From a virus (lineage: Duplodnaviria; Caudoviricetes): a DNA stretch of 64,000 bases. The notes under the pieces are model-generated. The model was not told where the DNA came from, did no database searches, and was given only the letters and a program-made list of their open reading frames with translations. The position numbers and the translations under genes are program-made. Where the stretch lies: positions 1 through 64,000 of IMG/VR virus record IMGVR_UViG_3300013830_000002, one strand, 5' to 3'. Shown here in pieces: positions 54,317-64,000 of this stretch. Position 1 is the first letter of the stretch. Each line of letters begins with the position of its first letter.

Positions 54317-55169
54317 TAATAGAGACTCTAAAGGAAGATTTATAGAGGTACGATAGGAAACACCTGAAGAAAAAGCTAAAAGAATTGCAGCTATAGTAGC
54401 AACTAGACAAGCTAATCCCTCTTATCAAGCCCGTAGAAATTATCCTCAAATTTTTAATTCTTGGAGAGCTTTACAACATACTGTTAAAGGTAAATCTATA
54501 GGCTGTACAACATCTGAATGGAAAAAATTTATAAACTTTTTTAACGATGTAGTTACAACATGGAAGCCAGGATTAGAGTTTCATAGAATAGATACGTCTA
54601 AACCTTTTTCTAAAGATAATTTTACTTGGATGACTCATGAACAAGCCTCAACATAGGATAGAAAAAACTTAGTTTATCTTGATTATAAAGGCGAGAAATT
54701 AACTTTAAAGGATGCTGCTATTAAATATGATTAGCCATATAATGCTTTACGACAACGATATCACAAGGGTAAAAATTATACTGTAGAGTAGATTATATTT
54801 GGCAAAAGCGCCAATCATAATAATAAAAAGGTTAAATAGGCAATTCCTAATAGTTAGAAAGAAAGAGATAAAGCAAGTAAAATGATTGCTTAGTATAAAT
54901 TAAAGGATAAAAAGAAAGGACTGTCAATATGTGATTTTGATATTGATTGGATGATTTCTAATATTTTACGTAAACCGTGCATTTATTGTGGAGATACCCA
55001 TAGAATAGGGGCAGACAGAATAGATAATGAAAAAGGACATACTAAAGATAATGTTGTACCTTGTTGTTATGAATGTAATTGCACAAGAAATAATAATTTC
55101 TCATTTGAAGAAATGAAAATTTTAGGAAAAATTATTAGGTAGATAAAACAAAATAGAAAAAATGATTAA
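54309..55169 (+). CDS. free-standing HNH endonuclease (8 TAG)
   Basis: Open with TAG read-through; HRID...FSKDNF and CIYCG...DRIDNEKGHTKDNVVPCC..CN. Confidence 0.82.
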
Positions 55170-55176
55170 GTGATTT

Positions 55177-56538
55177 ATGTTAATTAGTTTGTCAAAACAG
55201 GGAACATCTGAATATTGCATTGATGTAGTAAAAATTGGTCAGGTGTTTCCGATTGAAAATTCTGATTTTTTAGCTTACACCAAGGTATTTAATGATATTA
55301 TTGTTGTAAGAAAAGACCAAGTGCATGAAGGAGACTTGATGTTCTATGCTTCAAACGAGTGTCAATTAAGCAAAGAGTTTTTGTCTGTGAATAATATGTT
55401 CAGGCATGGGGAGCTTAATACTAACCCAAATCAGACAGGATTCTTTGAAGATACTGGAAGAGTAAGGGCAATCAAGCTCAGAGGAATAAGAAGTTCTGGT
55501 TTTCTGTTTGGACTTCCTGAAATGCAAAAGTTCTGTCCAGAATTTACGGAGGAAGAAATGCAGTAGATTATTAATGTTGACTTTGATACTGTAAAAGACA
55601 AGCTTCTTGTCAAGGCTTATATTCCCTATACAAAAACCCCTCGGTCAAGTAATCAGATAAAAGAAAACAAAGCTGACAAGAAGTATGACCGTCTTGTAGC
55701 TGGAGAATTCCTGTTTCACTATGATACTGGAATGCTTCAGAAAGAGATTTATAAAATCAAACCTGATGATAAAGTAAACATTACTGTCAAACTTCATGGA
55801 ACTTCAGCCATATTTGCAAATGTTCCTGTTAAAGTGTATAGTAAGAATCCTATCATCAGATTTATAAACCTGTTCAGAAAGAAACCAATTTATAAAATAG
55901 CAAACGGTAATCTCTGTGCATCAAGGAGAGTTATCAAGAATAGGTATATAAACAAACATTTGACAAAAGGATTCTATAGTTAGGATATTTGGGAAATATA
56001 TAATAACTGGCTTAAAGACTATATTCCTGCGGGTATGACAATTTACGGTGAAATCTGTGGATTCCTACCTGATGGAAGTCCTATTCAAGGTGCTTATGAT
56101 TATGGTAATAGACCTAAGCACTCCTTCCTTATGATTTATAGAATCACCACTGATGAACAGAATGGAAAAAAAGAATGGGAAATCTCAGAAGTTAAGAAGT
56201 TTACTCTTAACTTAATGAAACTTGTTCCAGAAAACGAAAATCTAAGTATTCATCCTATAGATATTCTTGCGGAAGACTCACTTAGAAATCTTTATCCTGA
56301 TGTTCCTGTGTCAGGGCATTGGAATGAGGAGATAATTGATGCTTTACGAAAAGATGAAAAATTAGGGCTTGAAAAGATGGAACCTCTCTGTAGAAATAAA
56401 GTTCCAAGAGAAGGTATTGTTGTAAGAAAAATTGGTGATGTCATTCCTGAGGCTTGGAAACTAAAAGCAATTGCTTTCCTAAACAAAGAAGCTAAGGAAA
56501 TTGACAAAGGCAATACTAATATGGAAATGAATCAATAA
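55177..56538 (+). CDS. RNA ligase (Rnl2/DRB0094-like; 2 TAG)
   Basis: Three fragments in one frame; TVKLHGTS, IYGEI, REGIV, KLK. Confidence 0.87.
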
Positions 56539-57029
56539 TGTCCTTAAAATATGTTGATGTAGCAGTAACTTTTGCGGAAATACCTGATGAGACAACTCTG
56601 GCAATAAATATATCAAATTGTCCATGTCATTGTGAAGGGTGTCATTCAAGCTATTTAGCTGATGATATTGGCACTGTGCTTACAGAAAGTGAGCTTGAAA
56701 AGTTAATAAAGGACAATGATGGAATTACATGTGTTTGTTTTATGGGTGGGGATGCTGACCCAGAAAGAATAAACCATTTAGCAGAGTTTGTACGAGAAGA
56801 ATTTCCTGACCTTAAAATAGGGTGGTATAGTGGAAGACCTGAGCTTAGCCATGATATTAGGAAAATAAATTTTGACTATCTCAAAATAGGACCATATATA
56901 CCAGCATTGGGACCTTTGAACAAAAGAATTACTAATCAAAGATTATATCTAATCGAACAAAATTATAGTACCTCAAAGTGTATAGTTATGAGGGACATAA
57001 CAAGTAAGTTTTGGAAGAAAAAATGCTAA
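56538..57029 (+). CDS. nrdG: anaerobic RNR activating radical SAM protein
   Basis: CPCHCEGCHS, MGGD, KIGPY. Confidence 0.9.
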   Translation: MSLKYVDVAVTFAEIPDETTLAINISNCPCHCEGCHSSYLADDIGTVLTESELEKLIKDNDGITCVCFMGGDADPERINHLAEFVREEFPDLKIGWYSGRPELSHDIRKINFDYLKIGPYIPALGPLNKRITNQRLYLIEQNYSTSKCIVMRDITSKFWKKKC

Positions 57030-57472
57030 GTAATACAATAAACAACAAAATTATAGAAGCACGCCGTAATTCTGACAGTGTAAGACTTACAGTATTGCAA
57101 CAGATTAAAGCAGCTTTTATGAATAAGGCTACCGAGCCAAAAAGAAAGTCACATGAGCTAACAAGTGATGAGGAAAATAAAATTCTTCTGAAGCTAGTTA
57201 AAGAGCATGAAGACTCAATTAATCAGTATAAAGCAGCAGGAAGGGAAGACCTTGTGAAATCAGAAACAAAAGAGCTTAATATTCTTAATGAATATGCTCC
57301 AAAAATAGCTTCTGCACAAGAAGTAGCGGATTATACAGATTTCTTGCTTGATTCTGAATTTGATGAGCCATCTATGAAAATAATGGGTCAGCTTATGAAG
57401 AAAGTAAAGGAGAAATATTCTACTGCTGATGGTAATGTAGTAAGACAAACATTACAAAAGAGAGTAAAATAA
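57023..57472 (+). CDS. GatB/YqeY domain protein
   Basis: SINQYKAAGREDL...E..IL..Y.P, MGQLM, ADG. Confidence 0.85.
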   Translation: MLSNTINNKIIEARRNSDSVRLTVLQQIKAAFMNKATEPKRKSHELTSDEENKILLKLVKEHEDSINQYKAAGREDLVKSETKELNILNEYAPKIASAQEVADYTDFLLDSEFDEPSMKIMGQLMKKVKEKYSTADGNVVRQTLQKRVK

Positions 57473-57531
57473 AAAAAAATAAGAGGTAACTGGAGAGAGC
57501 AGAAAGCTTTCTCTGGTTGCCTCTTTTTTTT
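57471..57531. terminator. bidirectional terminator between the convergent gene blocks
   Basis: A run, aagaggtaactggagagagc/gctttctctggttgcctctt stem, T run. Confidence 0.85.
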
Positions 57532-57538
57532 GATTTGC

Positions 57539-58351
57539 TTATTTGCTTTTTGAGAATGGAACCACTCCAAAATATGCTCCACATTTTGTACACTTGAATA
57601 TAGGTTCTCCTTGTAGAAAAACACCTATTTTACCACCACATTTAGGGCATATTTCAGGAACAGTTTCACCCTTGTCATTCTTTCTTAGTTTTCCACCTTT
57701 TTTGAATGAAATAAATCTAAGAAGCCCTCCCAGTTTCTGAGAAGGAAGAATAACAGGTTTAGCCACTCTTAAAGCATCAGGCTACTCAACTGTATGCTAG
57801 CTAACATAATCAACTGCGGGCTCAGGGTTAGTATACACTGACTTATAATAGGAATCGAAAGCACTGTCATATACATTTCTGGGTGCTGCATTCCATGCTC
57901 TTACACCAGCACGTTCAGTCCAGTTGAAGAAATTTCTTGTAGAAGGATTCCTGTAGGATTTATTAAGCAAATTTGCCTCATATCCAAGAACTCTGTTATC
58001 TTTATATTTAGCAGGATTCTAAGCCATATCATAAATCATGTCTATTTGTTGTTTGGCATTGTAATTTCTTGGAATCCAAGTTGCTTGAATCAGCCCATAA
58101 TGACTGCCTCTTCTTGCATTATGAATCATTCCACTTTCCTGCATTGCATTAGACAGAACACTTCTTGTAAATTCAAAAGGAACTCCAAGTTCTCTACCTC
58201 TTGTAATAGCATAATTTACAGTATCTCTTACTGCTTGCTCAGAAAGTTTTCCTTTTCTTTTAGAAAGACTTGCATACAGTGCTTTCCAAGCAGCATTAGT
58301 ACCCTCCTAAGCTATAAGGATTCCTCCATTTTTAAATATCAAAAAACTCAT
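57539..58351 (-). CDS. lysozyme-like (phage tail lysozyme) domain + C-terminal Zn ribbon (4 TAG)
   Basis: Open from ATG 58351 with TAG read-through; NAMQESG...HYGLIQ; CPKC/CTKC. Confidence 0.7.
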
Positions 58352-58378
58352 TACTTATATTCTTTTTAGTTAGTATTA

Positions 58379-58406
58379 CTTATCTATTTACAATAATATC
58401 GAATTT
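58379..58406 (-). promoter_or_regulatory. conserved promoter-like motif
   Basis: aaattcgatattattgtaaatagataa on the - strand; matches the motifs inside introns. Confidence 0.6.
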
Positions 58407-58410
58407 AAAC

Positions 58411-58452
58411 AAAAAATCCGAGATAGTTTTTATGCTATCTTGGATTATTTTT
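58411..58452 (-). terminator. intrinsic terminator
   Basis: aatccgagatag/ctatcttggatt stem flanked by A and T runs. Confidence 0.7.
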
Positions 58453-58463
58453 TTATTTTATTC

Positions 58464-61400
58464 TTAACTAGCAGATTTAGTATCTCTTTCATACATTGCC
58501 CAAGAATCTTTCATACTTCTGAAGAAAGCTTGACTTCCAGAGATTGTTTGCTTAAGTGTTTTGCCCCCAAAGAATAAATTATAGCTGTCATTAAGAATTT
58601 TACTTTGCACTTTATAAGTAGCAGGATTTGTTGAATTTCCAAGATATTCTACTATATTTAAAGGACCTTTGAATGTATCATAAGAACTGCCTGCACCTTT
58701 ATATATAAGTTCAACTCCTATATTTGCAAGCATATCCTTACCATCATCATTTTTCTTGTGGTCTTTATACGCTGGGTCTAAGAACATTTTAAACAAGGCA
58801 GAGAAGAACATCATTACCAGCAAATCAGTAAGAAGCCTTCTGTAATTAGCTCTGTTTCTTTCGTTTGCCCAGACAGTATTCTTGAAGTTTTTCCATCCTC
58901 CTGACAAACCGTCATCATCTACTCCGTTTACAAACTCTTTTAATGACTCAGCAAGTGTTTGCTTAATGCCCTATACCATTATAGGACAAGTTTTCATAAC
59001 AGGAACACCAGTGTCTTCTGTAGTTGTATTTCCATTAGGTAAAAAGAACAAAGGCTAGCCATTATAGTCTGTTTCCTGCATAGTCACAAGCTCACTTTGG
59101 CTTATTTGTCTGCCCTTAAAGTAGTTATCAGTAATACCATTCATCCAGGTAGAATAAAAGCAGAAGTTTCTTCCAATAGCAGTTTGCTCATATTTAGCTT
59201 TTGAACTATCATCATAAGCACCATAAATACTCTCTGAAATAGTTTTTATTGCTCTGATTTCTGTAGGAGTGTATGCATCAGGTAAGTCATCAGTATAAGC
59301 CAAATCAGTGCCATTTTCAATATTGAAAGCCCTTATTTTTGAAAAATATAATGACTGCTGTTTTTTATACTCAGGATTTGATGTATCTCCTGAAGCATAA
59401 ACTGAGAATCTTTTGTCCTTTCTCCAATCATATTTAATACGTTTTGTTTTACTGTCCAAAGAATAAGCATCATAGGCTCCATCGTGATGAAGCTTGGCAA
59501 TAAACAAAGTCATTCTGTTTAAATAGTCAGGAGCTCGTAATGTCCAATATAACCAGTTTTCACCATTAAGAATACCATATCTGCTGGATTTTAATCTTTC
59601 TGCTACACGAGCTGCATCAAAGTTGGAAAATCCGTATTTAACATTAAACTGATTAAACATTGTCATAGAATCAAGATTTTTCATGCTATCCTTAAACACC
59701 ATTCCATAGGCAAATGCTACGTCAGAAGCATTAATATCAGTTTGAAACTTAATTGCAGCCATTAAAAAGTTTTCTTGTAATCCCTGCAGAGTATCACGAA
59801 CAGCTCCTGCAGGATTAGCAGGGATGTACAAAGCAGTAACCATTTTTTTAAGAGGTCTTAGATAAGTATCGATAGCTTGTGTTTCTGGAGTCATTATTGA
59901 TTTTCCATAAACATTTTGATTAATGAAATCATCAATAGTCTTAATAGTATGATTTACCCCAGCAGTGTCTCCTTCAGCAACCCCCTTCAAAATGAGTCCA
60001 GTTTCAATGGCTTTTACCCTCATTAAAAGTTTGTTAAATTCATCACATTTAACATCCTCTTGCAAAAAATCAACAAAGATATTTTCAAGATTGGTTTCAA
60101 AATAGGATTCTCCTTTTTCATCAATCATCAAATCTCTTTCTGGTAAACTGGTTTCAGAACGAGTATATTTGTTATAGGTTCTCATCCCAGCAATAGCTTT
60201 ATCCCTGTTTTCAACATCCCCCTTACTTATAAACCCTGCTACCTCATCAATGACTTCCTTAGGATGCTGGGCAAATCTGGCAGTAGTTTTAACCCAGTCA
60301 ACAACCTGTTTTTTAAGTCCTCCATTAAGGGCATTCATTCTATGAGTTGCAGAGGATGCTCTTTGTAAAGGCACAAAAAGATAGTCAGCGGGCATTTCAG
60401 TTCTGAGTTTGCTGTCATTAGGACCTGTTATGTCACAAGGTTTGTGGTGCATATCACATTTGACTCTATAGAACTGGTAAAGTATGTTTTTAAGAAACCT
60501 TCTTTCATAATCCTTTAGGTAGTTTGTATTGCCTTCCTGTTCATAAGGATTTTTTAGAAGAAAAGTATTACTTCCATCGTCAGCCAGCTAGTATAAATTA
60601 TTATATAGACGAGCTTGGTCTCCAATAACTTTTCCTTCAACAGAAGTAAATCCAGCATCAGCATAAAATTGCTTGAATACTGGCATTACATCATCAAAGA
60701 ATCTGTCAAGTACCCTTGCCCTGACATTATCAATGGATTTCTAAAGAAGGTAGCCAACACGTCTGACATTACTGTTATTGATAGAAGTTGTTTTCATGAA
60801 GTATTCCTGCATAACACTGAACTGTTCATTGGTCATCGAAACATCACCATAATATTTTGAAAGGGCTTGTGTAGCTTCTATGTAAAGCTTTGCAATAATA
60901 ATATTTCGGGGACTTCCTTTACCTTGTACAAGGTCAGCTAATGCTTGAGGATTGCTGATGTCAATATTATTACTTTCTGCAATTGAGGTAAGCCTGTCTA
61001 CCAATTGACGAAGCTTCTGCATTTTCTGTTCAACAGTCTCCACTGTCATAAGGCCATCAGTGGTGAGACCTCCTGCATCTTTCTTTCCTTCAAAAATTTC
61101 ACCTAAGTTCTTGATTTCTGTCATATCAGAAACCATTTGATTATTCAAAATGTCTTTCCAGGTTTGATAAACTACTTCCTCAGCAGATACACATTTAATG
61201 TTATTTTTCCTGAAATTATTTTGGATATTAGCTGGAGTATTGCTATTTACAACAGAGATAATCTGCTGCCATACTGGAAGAAGCTGGTCAAATTCATAAC
61301 TTACGGCTTTTTTAGATGAGCCCCCACCCAAGCCAATAACTTGCAGGTTTCCTAATGTAATATCACCCAATGCTTTAGATTCCACTATTTGATTGATAAG

Positions 61401-63071
61401 TGCCATTGTCCTGATAGCATTTATATTTCCATAGGTACTTTTCATCTGAAAACCTAAATTGTTGGAATCAGGTAAATAAAATCCAAGAAGATTATCTCTT
61501 CTTTTGAATTGATACTTTATATCAGGGCTAATTCCAGTAATAGTAAAAACATCTATTTGTCCTTCCTTATTTTTAAACATTATAATATTAGCTTCATCCA
61601 AGGCAGGAATCTCAATTAATTTCCATTTGTAGTTACCATCAGAATCCTTTTCATAATATTTAGAAAATTGTCCTTGAAGATAAGCTGCATCAGGACCTTT
61701 GATATTAAGAGCAAAGAAATCCTTTCCGTAAGCTTCTTGTAAGGCGGTTCTGATAAAGTGAGCACTTTGATTTCCTGAAGAAGCATCAATTATCTTTCCG
61801 ATTCTGGCTTGTATAAGCTTTACTAATTCAGCATTATGGGAGCCTTTTCTAACATCAGACAAGGTAAAGGTTTCCTGTGTTTGAGGAATAGTGATTTCCA
61901 TTTTACCATCTTCTGTTTTGTTGTAGTAAAAATGCTTCCAATTGGCATCAATCCATTCTTCGGCAGTCATCATCATACCCTCAGCCATTACATTTTTTCC
62001 TGGGAAAATATGCTTAAGCTACTCAGACACCTTTACTAAATCAGAGCTTCTTACTGCTTCAGTATTAATATTAGACTCTATAAACTATTTAGCTGCCCTG
62101 TCATATTTATCAAATGTATATTGAGTACCATTATAGGTAACATTTTTCTCCTGCTCAACGTTAATACTCTCTATACCATTAAAATCCTCATCGTATTTTA
62201 TCTGAACAGGGATAATGTGCATTACGATGTAGTTAGTAGAAATACCATGATTTGCAAGCATCTGTTTAAGCAGGGCTAATTGATATTTATACTTCTGCAT
62301 TTTAGCTGCTGACCATGTGTTGAAGGGCTCTGTAGAAGTCTTTACATTATAGAGTTCAATTTCTCCATTTTCCTTTACTACCAGATAATCAATGTGTCCG
62401 AGAATTTTTTCAGTCATTCCTTTCAGTTCAGACTCAAAATTAAGATTTTTAATAACCTTACCACCACCTGTTTTATCTGCTTTTCTTCCATGATTTTTCA
62501 TTACTTCTTTCCAGATGGCACCTTCAGCATCAATAACTTGCTGAGTGGCCTCATCAAAAGCAGTACCTTTAGTTGCTTTTACCCACTCCTCGTAACTACT
62601 TTGATTATCATGCCCCATAATAAGTTTATGAAAAACAGTTGCATTTTCAGCAATGTCCTCCCATTTGCTCTTAATAGTGGACGCCCAAGTTTTCATTTCT
62701 TCTTCTGACTTTCCAGCTTTAATCTGTTGCTCAACAACTCTGGCAATATAGTCATCAGGATTAAGTCTGAACATAAAGGGATTCCCCTCAACATCCTTAA
62801 AGTACTCTGAATCAATAAATGTCTAGGTAGTAAAATGCTCTTTGTCACTTTCCAAGTCAGGACTTCCGTCTATCATGTGCATATTCTGATGGTCCAGTTT
62901 AGCACTCTTTTTAAAGGCAACGATTCTATCATACACAGCTCCTTGAATATCGGCATCATCAAGACTAAACAGAATATCAGTTGCAGTGGCTCCATTATTG
63001 ATAATCTCATTAATCAATTCTGTATATGACTTATATTGCTTTCCATTATATAAATAAATACATTTAGGCAT
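58464..63071 (-). CDS. large (1535 aa) putative virion/cargo protein with a PD-(D/E)XK-like domain (7 TAG)
   Basis: Five track fragments share one frame, linked only by TAG; GHIDYLVV...LYNVKTS. Confidence 0.82.
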
Positions 63072-64000
63072 TGCAGTTCTCTATAATTTTATGGTCTTTA
63101 ATCATCTCTTCTACAGCATTAGTAGCAATACGCTACTTCTACATCTGAGTTGTTACATTATCATTAGTAACCATTTTTTTAATAAACCCGTCAAAACCTA
63201 TATCAGAATCATTTACAGCGGACTTATAATACTCAATATGACCTAATATATCATTCATAGTAGTATTAAATAGCTGTGCATCAAATTCTTTACTTGTTAA
63301 AGTTTGATTATCATCTAGCTATTTAGCTATCATATCGGCTACAGTTTCTTCTGCAATATCACGACGTGCAAGATTAGGATAGCTTCTACGTTTGTAATCC
63401 ATACTAAGCCTGAAATTACCATCATTCATATAAGTCTGAATAATTCTGTCATATTCCTCAGGATTATTTACCTTTATAATTCCAAGTACTATATGTGCAA
63501 CTTCATGGTATAAATCTTTCAAATTAGAGTTGCTGGTATTTATATAAATCTGTCCGTTATATATAAAGGCTCTTGTTCTTTTTAATTTATAGTCAGGAAT
63601 GATGCCTTTAAATTCCTCTTGCAGCTCTGAAAAAGTTCTTTGATTTATTGGAACTCCATACTGTTTTTGAATATGTTTGCAGGCAGCATCCATTATCTGA
63701 GTTACATAATCCCCGATATTTGTATCCCCGATTTTCCGACCATTGACATCAAGTTTGCTTTCTTTGTCTCCTATTTGTCTTAGTGTAACAATAGGAACCC
63801 CAGTTTCTTTATTTGGAATTATCTTCTCAACTATATAATTAAGTTTTTCTGCATTTATAATCTCATTAATATAGCTTTGTATTATATCTTCTGGAATTGC
63901 AGAGATAAGGTCATAGGGTGAACTTCCTTGAAGTTTATTTTTCTGTATATAGTCAGAACATTTAGCTAAAAATGCAGCAGCCTGTTCTGGAGTATATATA
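63064..64000 (-). CDS. C-terminal part of a large protein with a zincin (HExxH) domain (partial; TAG read-through)
   Basis: RAFIYNGQIYIN...LYHEVAH...EETVAD; stop overlaps the next start. Confidence 0.75.

Noticed and set aside
281-57450. Many short - strand and alternate-frame ORFs in the track
   Set aside because: They shadow well-supported + strand genes and have no motifs
57543-63029. + strand ORFs in the right-hand block
   Set aside because: Antisense to long - strand genes that are continuous under TAG read-through
5547-64000. Widespread pseudogenisation
   Set aside because: Almost all breaks are in-frame TAG with intact motifs on both sides, which indicates recoding
1-64000. CRISPR array, DGR, rRNA, suppressor tRNA
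   Set aside because: No repeat-spacer array, reverse transcriptase, rRNA or CTA-anticodon tRNA was recognised by eye

Overview
This is a 64-kb segment of a large, AT-rich Bacteroidota phage with Crassvirales (crAss-like) organisation. The + strand block (1-57470) holds replication, nucleotide-metabolism and accessory genes. It converges at a bidirectional terminator on a - strand block of large virion/cargo-type genes. The genome reads TAG as a sense codon, almost certainly Gln (code 15), so the supplied ORF track fragments many genes. Seven group I introns interrupt dnaB, an AAA ATPase (x2), a JAB/MPN protease, polA (x2) and a MoxR ATPase; six carry homing endonuclease ORFs and one a remnant. 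The main candidate novel system is a contiguous phage-encoded ubiquitin-like conjugation operon (Ubl precursor, E2-like, JAB protease, E1/ThiF; 18023-23157). A shared C-terminal motif may link it to a vWA/metallopeptidase-MoxR module. Other notable items are a conserved promoter-like motif in introns and late genes, three ThyX-fold paralogues, dispersed RNA-repair genes, mgsA and a tRNA-Pro. All family calls come from reading motifs by eye, not from database searches.
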